Assembly (NCBI RefSeq): GCF_036588685.1
Contig: NC_086373.1
Coordinates: 54,808,001 to 54,872,000, forward strand
Length of the DNA: 64,000 nucleotides
Source of the DNA: Mytilus trossulus
Lineage: Eukaryota
Direction of reading: 5' to 3'
In this document: piece by piece, positions 24,153 to 39,575 of the stretch
How positions within the stretch are numbered: the first letter of the stretch is position 1
How the letters are laid out: every line of letters begins with the position of its first letter
Program-made: the position numbers and the translations under genes
The notes under the pieces: model-generated
Databases searched by the model: none
Seen by the model: only the letters and a program-made list of their open reading frames with translations
Told to the model about the DNA's origin: nothing

Positions 24153-27100
24153 TGTGTGCTATTTTTAAACATAGACGCGACCGTTGAGAAATCACAATGA
24201 TATCTTTTGGTTGAGACACTTGTGTTCCACCACAATTGGAAGTATACGATAAAAATAAAATAAAGATGATGTAGTATAATGACCAATGATTCAACTATCT
24301 ATAAAGACTGAAGTTAAAACATATGAACAATTATTGGTCACCACATGTCTTTTTGTGTGTTAGCTCCTGTTGTCGTATATTATATATACATGCTTATCAT
24401 AATTGTATTGTATTTACTGTATAGATATATCGTCTATTTATGTATGAATTTAAATTGTATTGACCTCTTGTACACTGTTGCAAACATCAGATCTAGAGTA
24501 AGCTGTGAAAGTCCCGGGTTAACACAATTGATAAGTAAAAACAAACAAACAACAAGAACTCATATACCATTGTATCGAAACAGCATACTAGTATTATAAT
24601 TACTTGCAGTATATTTTTAGTATGTCAATATCAACAAGACAAACATTCTAACTAATCCTTAAATAGATTATTTGTCTGATCTATGGTCGGATTGTTGTCT
24701 CTTTGACACATTCCCCATTTCAATTCTCAATTTTATTTGAAAAACTCCATTGAGATCTATGATCTCTTTTAATTATATCTCGTGCGTATTAATTTGTTAC
24801 TTGCTAATATTCTAAACGATCAAAGATATGTGGTTCTATGTTAAATTGTTACTGCACTAGCTTAATACCAAATTCAAAGTACACATTAATATGTTTGTCT
24901 CTTTGAATTTGACTAAAAAAAACTTCTACCAACAAAAATATGAATTATTTTTGGATTAACTTGACACATGTCCAATGTATCGTATCGTTTTAAATATTAA
25001 TGATATTTTTTTGCCAAAAAATTCCAATGAATTAATAAAACAAACCGTTAAATGATCATAATCATACTTGATCGGCAAAAATGTGACCACATAAATCGAA
25101 AAGTTAATCAATAGGTATTTGTAAAGAAAGAATCGATTCTTTGATGCGCTTTATAAATAGTATCAATAATATAAGAAGGTAAACAATGCACAGTATATGC
25201 TACCTATACCACGAAATGATTCGGAGGTTGCAACATACCGGAGCTAATTGATGCAATATTGAAGTTCTTGATTGGAGGTCAAAATAGAAGTTGTGGTTCC
25301 TAGAATAATCATTGTAATGTGTTGTTTAATTAAAGAGATTATTAATTAGATCATTTTTAATGAAAAAAGTTAACAAGTTCAATTTCAGTATTTGCAATCT
25401 TAACTTTATACCGATCTAATGCAGTTTCTTAAAATATCTGCAGGTACATGTATCTAGGATAAATAAAGAGATGTGGTATAAATGCCAATGAGACGACTAT
25501 CCAACAATATACATTTTAAAAGTAGATTTTAGTATCTATAGGTCACCGTTCGACACTCAAAAAATGGGCAAAGCCCGTAACGTATTTTTGCATCTTAAAA
25601 TAAGCACCGATAAATAACAATGTAAAAATGTTGAATATCAGCGAGGACATATGTTCACATCACACGAATGGATAACAAAAGTCATGTTCCTGATTTGGTC
25701 CAAGCATTTTCTTATGTAGAAAATGGTGGCATATAGACGTTGTTATATATATCTAGATTAACCTTTTCACTTGAATGAACGTAGCGTACAATTTCATTAC
25801 ATTAACAACAATGAGTGAACAAAACAAACAGACGTAATAGATAAAATTGTCAAAAATAGGAGAACAGCAGTCAATATGTCAACAAAGCAACACAAAAAGG
25901 TATACAGACACAACACGCCAGCAAAAACGGAAGACAAGAATACACAAATTCATTATAGCACAACAACGCAATGATGGGATGTGTAAGTACCGAGCCACGT
26001 CAAATAGACATTTGCCTAAGAGTTCGGAATTTTTGTTATTTTACTTATTTCAGCAAATGTGTGATGATATCTTTTTACATTATCTGTTTGATGAGTCTCC
26101 TTTTTTTTGATTTATTAGTCTGGAACATGTCTTTTAAATATTTAAGTTATAATTGTCAAATTTGTATTTCCATTAAAACACGACGGGTACAAATTTACCA
26201 GACGTTGATCAGGATCTGTGTAACCTTTCAGAGCACATAAGATCACTCAGACTATAATGGTTGGGTTCAATTTGGTCATCCTTTAGTTTTCTATGTTCTG
26301 TTTTGTAAACTGACTGTCGCTCGTTTATCTTTTGGTTTTTCCATGGCGTTGTCAGGTCGTCTTCGACATATGAGTCTTTTGTCTCTCCTATTTTTTTTGT
26401 GATTTCCATGTTCGCGTTTTGTGGTTATATTTTTTTACCGTGGCTTAATAATGAATTGCATATATAGGCGTCAGAATTCGAATGCATCTTCAACCTCTAT
26501 TTTTCAATTACCGGGAGTAATCATGATCACCAACCGATATTTTGTGGAAATATATATTCTTCTTTATGTTAGTTGTTGTTGCGCTGACCGTCGAATCGAG
26601 TAATTTACAACTGATCTTTACACTTTGTTTTTATGTTGTTCGTTTACACCACTGTCCCAGGTAAGGTCAGAGTTGAGTTCTTTATATTGAAACATATTTT
26701 ACTCCTTAACGTTCTTGATCTGTCTCTCCAAAATTATGATCATGTAATTCTAGGATTCCATGGGTTGCTTTCTCAGTTTCTGTCATATTTGTTCTGTCAT
26801 AAGTTAGGCTGTTGGTTTTCTCGTTTGAATTGTTTCATATTTTGCATGCATGTCATAGCCTTTTCATGCTGACAATGCAAACTGGGTTTTCTCCCTTTGT
26901 TGAAGACCGGAAGCTGATAAATAATTGTTTTCTTCCACGTCATTTTGACTATGACGGATAGTTGTTTCATTGACATTCATATCACATCTTCGTATTTTTA
27001 ATTATTTAGGCCTAAGTCATCTACTGAACAGTATTCTTGACTTTTTAATAAGGTTTAAATGCCGTTTTCGTGACCAGCATATAAACTCATTTGCAAATTT

Positions 27101-28815
27101 TCTTGACGATAACAGTTAGCTATACCCGTCATTTTACATTTGGGATTTCTATCCATTGATGACAAATATAGACAAACTGGTAGACGCAATTTATCTGATT
27201 GTATACGTTTAAATATTAATTTGAATATAAAGTCAATCATCATCATTATTGAATGAGCCAGTGCAGATATTCTAAAATTTCAAATAATTTACGGCCTTCG
27301 AGTAGTTAACTTTGTAATGCTCTACGAATACCTTTTGCGATATTAGTAAAATCTAATTTTTACGATGCATATTATGAAATAAACATTTTGAAATAATATA
27401 TATAGGCAGCAATTTTTTCAAACAACCCTGAGTTACAAACTAGAGGCGTCCTATATCTGTTATATTTCCTATTTTGGAAATTTCTAAATATTATCTTTTA
27501 GCATCTCTATACCTTGCATTTTGCATATATTGCTAGAAAATTGTATTAATACATTTGGGAAGACTGGAAACAGTTTTATCTTAATATCTTTTGTAGTTTC
27601 AAGATGGAACCTGGAAAACCTGGAATTGATTTCAAGCTTGTAGCATCCAACGTCAAACCCAACTTCTTATTCTCACATCCCGCGGTTTTTGATGTGATTT
27701 AAATGAACAAAGTTTTGTGTTTTTTTTTAGTATTGATTGATATTGACCTTTCGTTACTTTTCTCTCTGGGTTTTGCAATATGATAATTGACCTATAATTT
27801 GCATTGCCCTCTTTACTTCTTCTTTCTCTGATTACAAATTTTGTAGAAAAATAAACATGCAATTTTTTTTAAATCACGTTAAATAGTTTCGCATGTTTTT
27901 CTTTTGAACAATTTTCTCATTTATAAATTTGAGCAGTAATTTCCAAATTTACAGTATCTGCTTGCAGTGATTATATTTCGTGAAGAAAGAAAAATTATTT
28001 CAATTTGTTAGGACATTTTAGAACAGTGTAGAATGTGAATACTATAATTTGTCCCTTGATTAATTATACTTTAATTGTTCAACATGGATGTTTAATTTGT
28101 TTAAATTACGTAACGATATGAAAAAGAATTTCAAAAGTGGCATCGTGTAGTTGTTGATTGATGTCGATTTGTCGTGACAACGAAATCTTAATTGAAGTAT
28201 TCGTTGTAAATGCCAAAAAATGTTGGTTATTCCAAACTTGGAGCAAAGGACCCTGAAACTTGTTTTGTTAACTGTTTAATGAATTCAAAAGCGATATGGA
28301 TGATATCTAAGTTACAATGATAAATTGGTTTTACTTTTCTAGTTTTTATTGTACGTTTTTGTATATTCCAATGGCCATTGCATTGTCCGACATAACTATA
28401 AAGGGGCAGTTTAAATACGTTATTAATTTTTCTTTTCAATATTTCATCTTATTTTCCCTTATTTTTCTTGATACAGATCGAATCACTACTATCTTAGAAT
28501 ATATGTATTTATATGTTCACAGTGCTGTTTTCGAAGTGAACACTTCAAAGTACAAAAGGAAACCGCTGACTATGCGGTATGGGCTTTGTTCACTGTTGAA
28601 GGCCGTATGGTGACATAAAGTTGTTAATGTTTGTGTCATTTTGATCTTTTGTGGATAGTTGTCTCATTGGCAATCATACCACATCTTCTTTTTTATATTT
28701 CAAAAGAGGGTTTATGCCGGCTTGGTCGCATGCGGTATTAATTCGTTCAGCGTAGTGTTCTTTCTTTAAATGCGTTGATTGAACATCTCTGATGGACTCT
28801 GATATATCTATTTAT

Positions 28816-28909
28816 CAAACTCCGAAACAGTGGTGACGTTGCTTCGCTAAACTATCATTAAAGTCAACGTAGCGTAGTAAAGAGGACGTAACCGCTGTTT
28901 CGGAGTTTG
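28816..28909. mobile_element. 94-bp MITE with 9-bp TSD
   Basis: TIR CAAACTCCGAAACAG...CTGTTTCGGAGTTTG. TSD TCTATTTAT at 28807-28815 and 28910-28918. Confidence 0.88.
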
Positions 28910-31900
28910 TCTATTTATATGTCTAGACTCCATTATTAGTAAGATTAACATATGATATTGAACAGATCATTGTGTATTGTTATATAAAGATGTTTGATCA
29001 TCTTCAGCTGAGGCTTTTATTGTTTATTATATGTTATTTTTATGCTGATTCATTCATGAATATCCCATTCCTCCCTTTAAATATGTAAATGTAGATATAT
29101 TTTTTTTTGCGAATATATGGAAATTTTGAGGTTCTAGTGGCAAAGTTTGTCACATTAATTATTTAACAAATTTTAATAATTGTAGAGAAAAGGAAGCCAG
29201 TAAAAACTAATGAAATATTTTATTTGTAAAGTATACAATTCGGAGTTTTAATATATTTTATTTATGCTTCACCGTATCATTCATTTCCTTGCAATATTCA
29301 GTAACTATATGTATTGCGAAACTTATGTCTTACAGAGAACGCATCTAATGAATGAATTTGTGTACGATTGCAAATATAACTCATTTGACCCACATCAACA
29401 TAAATAGTCCAAGCATAAGACAAAAATAGAGAGCAATTATAAAAGTAATCAAAATATCTCAAGAACGTCCATCAAGTTTCTAATTATGGGATAGGCAATT
29501 TCAGACGTTTTATGTCAAATGTTTTCATTTGAAGTATTTTCATAAACTAAAACGAGGAAATACTAAGTATGTTTACTAAATTTTGCAAGTTGCAATAACT
29601 GATTTTAGGCTATTGGTACTGATTTTAATAATCCTATTATGGATAAGTATTTTACTTTTTACGTACATGTAGCAGGAACTCAAAGCGATAAAACACGTCA
29701 TTTCCGAATTATATGTAAGCTTTGGGAGAGTTTGTCCTTGAATTAATTTTATTTTCTTCCTTGTTTTACTGTTCTAACATTGTATATGATTATATTTGTT
29801 TATCATAAAGATTTGGAACAGTGTATGTATATATATCTAATTAATCTAAAGAATTGGAGCAAGGTTTTAAAAATGTATGATATGTTTAAGACCACTGACC
29901 TTCAGAAAGATGCTGAGAGCAATGTTTTCTTAACTTTGTAGTTGAAATTTTTCTATAAACATTTCCGAAGATATGATGGCTATCTCTGTTTATACAAGAT
30001 AACTTTCTAGTCTAAGATAATTAACGCTTATACTATATTGGTTCTCATGAGTACAAAACGGTCAGTCATTCACAACTTTCAAAGCAATAACAGCTACTTT
30101 ATTCGATTTTCTGTAAATATCAGGAATCATTTAAGAATTTATAATTATTGTGAATGAAAATGTGAAATATTATCAGAACGTACGTGGAATATGAAAATTT
30201 GAATAATTATACCACGTTTCCTGTTTTATGAATGGAAGATACTACATGACCATATTTGGAATAACCACTCAGAAACAAGGAAGGGTAGCGATAAGATTTA
30301 CATTTGTGAAATTCTTGGAGTCCTATAAATTTATACATTCCTTAGTTAACTTTGCATAATCCTTTTACCATTGGAACTAACAAGAAATAGGAGTTTTTAT
30401 AATTTATTTGGAAAAAAAGCAAACAAAATGATGAAAAGTGTAAACAGTTTTGACCAAATAGTGACAATTCTTGCAGCAACAGCACTAATATGTTTGAAAA
30501 CAGCAAAAGGTGAGTGGAATTAGTTTTATATTTAACTATTTTGTTGAATTTTTGTGGATGTTTTGAAATACTCAACGACGGATTATATAAACAAAAAAAT
30601 TAAATTGTTTTAATCAGAGGTTAAGAATTCTAAATTGTTAAAAGATATACATGTATTCGTTTTCCAAGGACGGTATATATCGACCACAAATGATATGAAA
30701 ATATAGCATCTAATAATAGCCATTCTCAATTTTATATGTTTGCTTATTAATTGTAGCTTATTATCTATTGTAGATAACAATATCCCAGTATATTAGTATT
30801 GCCCTTTATTTAAAAAATTATTTCCAAAGAGCACGTGTATCTTGCACTGTGTACTCAATTGAGGATGTCAACACCAAAAAAAAAATGCAGTTCTGTAATA
30901 ATTTACATATTTTTTCATTATGAAAGTTCAAGCAAAACTCACAAAAATCCACCAATTCCTTTTATATTCAAAAGATATGCAATTGAGTTTTAAACCTCAT
31001 GTCACGGATGAATGAATAATGTAAAAAACTATATCAAAGGAGCGGGATAAGCAATCCGATTATAGAGAAATGGCTAAGCATTGGCAACATATGTGAGTCT
31101 AAAGCTTGTAATTATCTTTTTGTGGTGAATAATGAAAAAATACTCTATCTTGTTTTCCTCATTTTATATTTCTTTTTGAATATTTAAATCCTTTACCCCT
31201 AGTACATGGATTGTATAGTTGTATACAATATTGGTTAAGGGCCAGCTGAAGCCCGCCTCCGAGTGCGGGATTTTCTCACTGCGTTGAAGACTCTTTTATT
31301 GCATTTGGCTGTTGTCTGCTCTTTGGTCAGTTGTAATGTCTTTGGCCCATTCCTTGTTTCTATTTTCTAATCTATACATTATTGAAATTACATTATTGAA
31401 ATGTAAACTGTTGCTACGGTCACTTCGTGGACAGAATGGTTTTTTTCAAGCATCATGCACAATCAGTAATTTCAAGACAACAGTTTCCATTCAACTTTAT
31501 ATTAATGTATTCTTTTTACATTTAATCCACTGTTAAATAAGTTGAATCAAGCAAATGGATAGATGTGTTGAGAAACCATGACTCTGGAAGCTTATATATA
31601 AAGTCTATTGACCCTTTAATGTTATTATAAAATATTAAACACATAAAGTAGAAAGTTGTATAAAATGAGACGAACTTTTTCCACAGATACCAAAATATTA
31701 TTCAGATAATTCATTGGTTGATCAATTGTTGCTTCACGCCGTCTTAGTGCGACATGATTGATTGATTGTTGGTTGCTTAACGTCCAGGGGCAAATATTTG
31801 ATGCATGTCAAGGACGACCTTAGCGTGACATGCTATGTTGCACACACTTATTGAAAGTACAATTAGTGTATTATATTTTATTTTATATTTCCTGTTGTAT

Positions 31901-34900
31901 GACCCTTTAGGCATATTAAACTCACAAAAAAAAACTTATTTTAAAGTTGATCTTTGTATTATGATCATTTTATCAAGAATAAAACATAATTATTCAGCGT
32001 AAGAATCAAAACTCAAATTCGAAGTTAAACTTTTGAAACCATCTTTAATTCACTTGCAAGACTTAAATGGGTTAAGGTGGTGCTATGCATAAAAATGGAT
32101 GATGTGGTATGATTGACAATGAAACAACTCTTTACAAGAGACCGAATGACACATAAATTAACAAAGATAGGTCACCGAACGGACTTCGGCAATGAGCAAA
32201 TATCTATGTCCTTTTTGTTTCCACACATAAGTATTTTTATTTGCATTTTTGATTAGTAATTCTTTCAAATTAAAAACTAGCTACAAATGATCTACGGAGT
32301 GGATAATGAAAAAGTACAAAACATTTATAAAAAAAGAGGGACGAAAGATACCAAAGGGACAGTCAAACTCGTAAATCTAAAACAAACTGACAACGCCATG
32401 GCGTAAGAAACCATTACCGTCCTTGTTCTGATGTGTTTGTTGGTTATGCACGGATTCATCATACAAAAGATAAGGAACTAAAGAAATAAAACCGTTATTG
32501 GGGTATACATCGACATACATATGTATACAAGTGTATACTATTGAGAAAACTACATCGACATACATATGTATACAAGTGTATATACAAGTGTTTCGTCCTT
32601 AAAATATGCATAGAGATGTTCTTTTGCATATCTGCTATCCTCCTATTTCTCACTTCAAGTCCTTAATCTTTTGAATATGCAGTGTTTACATGTATTTTAT
32701 GATTGATAGATATTTGGTAGAACGAGTGTAAGTATTCTTTTTCGGCCATTTTCTTAGAGAATAACTTTCAGATTTATAACAAATGCAGTTGCAATTTTCA
32801 AAGTGACGATTGAAAATGAAATATGATTTAAAGGATTTAATCGTTAAAACGTTCTCTTTTCGTTCACGGTGTGTAGAACTGTCTATTTGTGACCTGAAAA
32901 TCTATGTATGCAAATGATTGAGCGTTTTGAACTCTCCAAGAATTTAGCTGAAACAACAGAATTACATTTACTAGTATGGTTTCATATTACAGAATTATCG
33001 TTGATAATCAATACAGAAAATAATTAGTTTATACCTACATATTGTCAATGGACACCTGATTTATGAATGTCAATATTAATTTACACATATTGTTAAGAAC
33101 TATTCAAGGATTCAATCTTCATTAGGTTGATTACGAAATAACGTTTTGGGTTATTAGTTTCAAAATGATTATTTCTCTGACAAATATTAGTACTTATTTT
33201 TTTACTAAAGTAATAGGCAGATTAATAAATATGTAAATACATATGTACACAAGCACTAGAAGAATAGCTTATCGTTTATTGACGGTTAAAAACAAAATTA
33301 AATACGGTTCTGCAATTACAATCTTATTTGAAATTTTTGTAATTCAATATTTCGCACGTATCATTTACATGTCTGCTGTCGTGATTGTTATGGATATTGT
33401 CGTAAAAAAACCCAACCGAATCTCAGTATTCTGAACAAAATTATAGTTCACATAGCGGTAATTTGAGCATTCAGCTTAATTTTATATATTCTACACTGTA
33501 GCATATAATTTTTAGTAGAACTATTAGAATAAACCAGCAGTAAACAATTAAGCAGTAACCGTTAGGCAATCACCAATAAATACTTATTTTTCGTACAATC
33601 TATCAAAAAGCAGTCCACAAAATTAATCTAATGAGTTATATGACGAAAACGAAATTTAAAGACGTATTCCTAATTATTAAGGAAAATAAATTAGATACGA
33701 AGATTTAAAGTGTAAGGCTATATTTAAAGAAACGATAATTTCGCCACTTTTGCAATTATTTAATAAACAGTTCTACCTTGATAATACAGTTCGTTATAGT
33801 GCTAGCAATGCATGGACGTAATCGTGTTTGTAAATGCTAAATGCGAGTAGACTAAACACATGACGGATCAAAGGATTCAGTATTAAACATGATTTGCGAT
33901 AACAACTGTTTTCCGCAAAACCAGCCGTTTAATAGTTTTATTTTTTGTCCATTCAGCTCTGGAAAAAGGTTTGGATCAGTTTGATAGTTTTATTTTTGTC
34001 CATTCAGAACTGGAAAAAGATTGAAGCAATTTAATAGTCTATTTTTGTGCATTCATTTCTTAAAAAGAATTGGTGATCAAATAAACGGATCATTTGCTAT
34101 CCAATGTGATGACGGTTTTCATACGAAAGGACAGGAAACAGCTAGGTGATAAACAAAACCGATCTTGTGGTATCCAATATGCCGAATGCGCTTATACGAA
34201 AATAACTATCATACCTAGCGGGCAGCTTCCGATATCAATAATCGGAATAAATATCCCGCTTGCATTCTGATTGATGTAGCCGCTTTGTCATACGTTAATT
34301 GTCGGTTCCGCATAACGATCTGCTAACCATTCGCTAACGACAGTAATGTAAATATGTACATTTTGTAGTTGAAATAGACCAATAACTCATGGAATAATTC
34401 ACAGACCTGCAGATAAACACAACCCGTTAAAAGAGATAAAACAACAATTTGAAAATATATGTCATGCGTCCGAAATGATTTTCTGGATTTTACCATCATC
34501 GAAAACAATAAAAACCGAATATTTGAAAGACAAGGATGTATTAGAAGCGAAACAGTTGTAGCTCTGATATATGACCATTTATTTGTGATGAGAAAAGCGA
34601 TAACACTTAAATAAAATTGGCTGACGAGCAGTTAAAACTTTAAAGCTTGTTGTGTACTTTGTCAATGTTTTGGTTTTGCATGATACATTTTTGTGAAAAC
34701 AATCCTATTGTATGTTTTGTAAATGTGAATGGGATAGTGACTGTCCCTTGGGTAAATCATTTTTCCATTACTCTTGTAATAATTAATCACGCCGCCGCCC
34801 ACTACTAGTAGTAAAAATAGAAACATAATTAAATCTGCATGTTTAAAATCATATAAATACAGATTTGTTTCGTATAATTTAATATTTTGGTTCATATGTT

Positions 34901-36742
34901 ATGAGATTATATTGCAATTGGTATTTGATGTCAACACGCAAGCGTATCATAGAGCAATAAATGATAAAACATTAATTGATATTGCTCATGCAATTAGACT
35001 ATGTGGATTTCAACATATAAAGTTACAACGCGGAAATATACCCATAATTGTTTCGAATACAATAAGCAAACAGTTCCATCTGCAATGATAAAACTATAAT
35101 TACGCAATGAGAATCGACGGATGACATTCAGGACAAACAAATCGGTTGTTTGAGCGCCAATGGATATGTTTTAGCGCCTCTGCTTTAATCCATTTTTAGC
35201 AAACAATTAAACTATCAATGCTCACTTTAGCGACAGAAAATCCATTTTTTACTTATTTATTATAATAATTGTCGAAATGTACTTCTGTTCATGTAAGCCA
35301 AGACAGCACACTATTAAAATGTCATTTTCATTAAAATGCTAACTTTACTCAATAAAGCCAATGATCTCATTTACACCATCGGTTTCTGAACTTTAAAAGT
35401 TTAAAATATTTTTGTAACCAGATTTGTATTTCAGTTATCGTACATGATATAAATGGCTCTTGATATACTACCTCGACAATATTTACAAAATAATATCTGA
35501 ATTTCTTGGCTTTTTAATACATTTTAAATGCAAGCATGGAATACATTAGATATTGCACCATTCTGTCTTTTAAATAGTTTTACATTGTAACACCCTTTTT
35601 GTCACTTTCAGAATAATTGATAAGTATATGGAAAGTTTCATGGGTGCTCTATCTATCATAGGATTGCTCTTTATACTGTAAAGTTAAGCCTTGCTTGAAA
35701 TTGCGATATGATTTTATATTATTCATAATACAAAAGCCTGCTGTTCTCTGCTCGTGGGAGTTATGATAACGAGCATTCCATGCTAATAGTGCTACTTGAA
35801 GAATTTCATTCATAATATCAATATGAATGTACGGATATACTACTTATAATTTGTCATTCCAGCTGAGAAAATAAAGTCTTGCCAAATTGCTGATATTCAT
35901 TTATCTCTAAGAAGAATCGGTGCGTTGTTTATTAATGGTAAAAAAAAAAAAAAAAAAAAAAAAATAACCAGCTATAGAAGGATTGTCACCACCTTGGTCC
36001 AAGGAAAACCGAAAATAAAAATCTCACAACCAAAAATACCAACAAAAAACCCTGATGTGAGCTCTTTAGCAATCAATTGTTTCCTTTCATGCCTATATCC
36101 ACGCGTGAACTCATTTAAAACAACCATTCTCTGAGCATGGAATGATAATCTAATATGGTTCAATTATTACGTTTATGAAACATTGCTTAGGTTTGATTTA
36201 AAAATTAATTCTTATTGAATTGTGCAAGAGTGTTAGGTTGTTTTTTTTTAGGCAGATAGTCTTGCCAGAAAGGTGCGGTTTTTGACTTTTGGCTTGTATG
36301 CACAATGTTTAGTGCCGAAATATATAAGAATTCGAAATATGTATAAAACACTGAAAATCTGAAATAACAATAAATAAAACCAACATAAAAAAAAGATGTG
36401 GTATGATTGCCAATGCGACATTAACAGATATAAGTCACCGTATTAGACCGTTGTTTTTCCCGTTTGAATGGTTTACACTAGTAACTTTGGTGCCTTTTAT
36501 AGCTTGTTGTTCGGTGTGAGCCAAGGCTCCATGTTAAAGACCGTACCTTGACCTATAATGGTTTACTTTTATAAATTGTTATTTGGATGGAGAATTGTCT
36601 CATTGGCAATCATACCACATCTTCCTATATCCAAGTAAACAGCAAGGTCGACGATCTTTAATTACAAATTATTGTCATAAAACTGGATGGTTTTTTTCTA
36701 AATGAAAATATATATAGACTATATGTGGATATTTCAATCATA

Positions 36743-37588
36743 CTAGCACACACCCGTGACATCGCGGGTCCGTGACTGAAATAAAGTATAAAGCCGCAAG
36801 CCTTACTTTAGTATTAGTATTGTCATCTGATAAAATCATGCCGATTATAAGATACACAGTTTTCTCTGCTTTCAAATCTTTCTGTTTGAACCCGTCGAAC
36901 TGGAACTTATCAATTATTGGTCATGATAAATACTAATTATTTGGAAAACAAAAGATCCAGGAATGGATAAAATCATGCGACATTAACAGATATAAGTCAC
37001 CGTATTAGACCGTTGTTTTTCCCGTTTGAATGGAGATTTTTTTAATCAACAGCATTGACTTTTTTGTCCTATATTAGTTATAAATCAAGTTGAATTCTTT
37101 GATTCGCTGTTTTACGTCACTCATGCCCGCTAACAAATTGAAAACTGCACCTATACGCCTTATTTTTAGTCCAGATTTTTAGTGTTCGTAGTGTTATCTT
37201 AGAAAGTCTTACTGATTAAAATACTACAATAGGTAACAATTTGACAATTTAGTAGTGCCAACCCTGTGATTATGATCCGTGTATATAGCATATAAATCCT
37301 GCATACACTGTTTGGTGGTGCCCCTGTCAGATGCGGAACGTACAGATAAGGTAATAAGTAACAGGTGATTATACTATTGGTATCGGTATCGGACTCGACC
37401 CTGAACTTCTTAATTATTGGCAATATTAATTATATTAATTACGGGGGAAACAAAAGGGCCTGGAGTGGTGTAATTTTTAATCTACTTCTTTGTACTATAT
37501 AAGTTGTATATACAGTTGAATTCTTTGATTCGTCGTTTTCACGTGATGACGGCTGACAAATTGGACCTCGTAATTTCAGTATTATAGA
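36743..37588 (-). mobile_element. Non-autonomous Helitron
   Basis: Minus strand starts TC and ends CTAG, with subterminal hairpin ACCCGCGATGTCACGGGT, inserted between A and T. Second copy at 61768-62913. Confidence 0.85.
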
Positions 37589-39029
37589 TAGTATTATAGA
37601 TATATCTATCTGTATCTTGTAAACATAACGCCATGCTGCATGCAAATGTTAAAAAGGCAAGCGTATATTTGTACCCATTGCATACGCCACATATCGGTAT
37701 GTTTCTATTCAAGAACTTTGGTCGAATATTTTCACTGTACCTGCTAAAATGAGACTCATCTGGTAAATAATCGATCTTTAATAGTGCCACTTGTTTTAAA
37801 GCTCCTCTTTCGAGTGCGCTTGCGTTCACCTACGTTTTCTTTGTTGAACTTGGTTTTTGACAATTTTTAGTTCTCCCTTTGCTTGGTACTTTTTGAACTG
37901 ATGGTTGCCCTGTCGCCTTTTGTACATTTCAATACCATGTTATACACGCCCATCATTGGCTGGTGCCTTCGAAAACCGGTGAATCAAATACATATCATAT
38001 CAGTCTATGTGAAGTACCAAATGGAACATATACCTTGCCCATCGTGTTTTATATAGTTACATTACCAAAGATAGTATATGGGGTGTGAAATAAATGTCTA
38101 AAAAGAAAAAAAGCTTAACACTATTACAGAAAATGTAATGTTAACTTTTTTTTTAAATTGGGCTTTAACCAGTATTTTTTTTACTTTTTTTTATGCATGG
38201 CTTAGCATTGTGAAACCTCCCATCTTACATTCAGCTTCCATAGCATCAAATATTCAAAGAGAAACCTCAACGTCGTACAGTCTTTTCACGTTTTGCAATC
38301 TCCAGAGTAATAAAAATACTAATAAAACAAACAGGCAAATTAATGTTTACCTTCAAATATTATTAAATCAATATTACGGTATCGACCGTGCTAGACCATC
38401 ACATTATAAATTTGGTGGGTTTGCTTTAAGTCATTCACATTTTATATCATTTTACCCATGTGGGAGTTTTAAAGGCTCGTTTAAAGGTTAAAAGCTAGCA
38501 AATTAATTGAACGAAATGTTAAATGATCGAGGACAAAACGATTAAAATTATTTTTTCTTTCACTCTTTTTAATGTAATAATTGTTCACAAACTTTCTATT
38601 TCTAAAGGGTTTAAACGATTGGTAATTTTAGTGTATTAAGGGGGCTCGCGGTTATAAATCAAATTTTTGTTCTAACATAGGATTTCGCAGGTCAAACGGC
38701 CAGAACCTAAAAATGAGTTATAATGAAGCCAAATCATTAGTGTTCAAAATACTTCCGAATATTATATTCTTAATTTCAAGCGTAAATACATACAGAAATA
38801 ACTTTTAACAAAGGGCATGGGGTATCAAATCAACTAATAAATGTTGTTCATGTATTTGTTTATCATGCTACCATTGATTTGGTCCCACTTCAGTTCCGTG
38901 TTGGTGTCATTGTTTAAAAGTAATGCTTTTGTACTGGAAAACAATCAGTTTGCAATTCAATGTAAAATTGCAAAACAAACTATATGCTTTTCCAAATTCA
39001 TTCATTAAATGAGGAGTTATTGCAACTAC

Positions 39030-39195
39030 NNNNNNNNNNNNNNNNNNNNNNNNNNNNNNNNNNNNNNNNNNNNNNNNNNNNNNNNNNNNNNNNNNNNNNN
39101 NNNNNNNNNNNNNNNNNNNNNNNNNNNNNNNNNNNNNNNNNNNNNNNNNNNNNNNNNNNNNNNNNNNNNNNNNNNNNNNNNNNNNNNNNNNNNNN
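39030..39195. other. Assembly gap (166 N)
   Basis: Run of n. Confidence 1.
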
Positions 39196-39341
39196 TGAAA
39201 ATTGCCGGTAAACTGAATCCCTGGTAGAAAATCTTCCTCTACAGATGTCAGTATAATGGTAATCTCTTACGGTTATAGCAGTAAAATTGTTAAAGGGGCA
39301 AAACTGAAAGAAGAAAAAAAATAAGGAAAGGACATGACACA

Positions 39342-39575
39342 GTTTCTAATATCAATGTAGAATTGGAAAACAAACTATATGCTTTTCCCAGAACAGAATC
39401 TACAAACGTTTCTTAATATTAATGTAGAATTGGAAAAAAAGCTATGTGCTTTTCCCAGAATAGAATCTACAAACGTTTCTAATATCAATGTAGAATTGGA
39501 AAACAAACTATATGCTTATCCCAGAATAGAATCTACTAACGTTTCTAATTGGAAAACAAACTATATGCTTTTCTA
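39342..39575. repeat. ~66-bp tandem repeat (3+ units) within a larger duplication around the gap
   Basis: GTTTCTAATATCAATGTAGAATTGGAAAACAAACTATATGCTTTTCCCAGAA repeated. 39196-39341 recurs at about 39669-39814. Confidence 0.85.

Noticed and set aside
24153-24294. Signal peptide fused to the RT fragment (secreted domesticated RT)
   Set aside because: RT similarity stops near 24152. The upstream codons are AT-rich flank that is open by chance, and the catalytic YIDD motif is absent.
37199-37423. Conserved small ORF MPIIKKFRVESDTD (also 62542-62757)
   Set aside because: Both lie in copies of the same non-autonomous Helitron, so the similarity reflects repeat identity. No Rep or helicase motifs.
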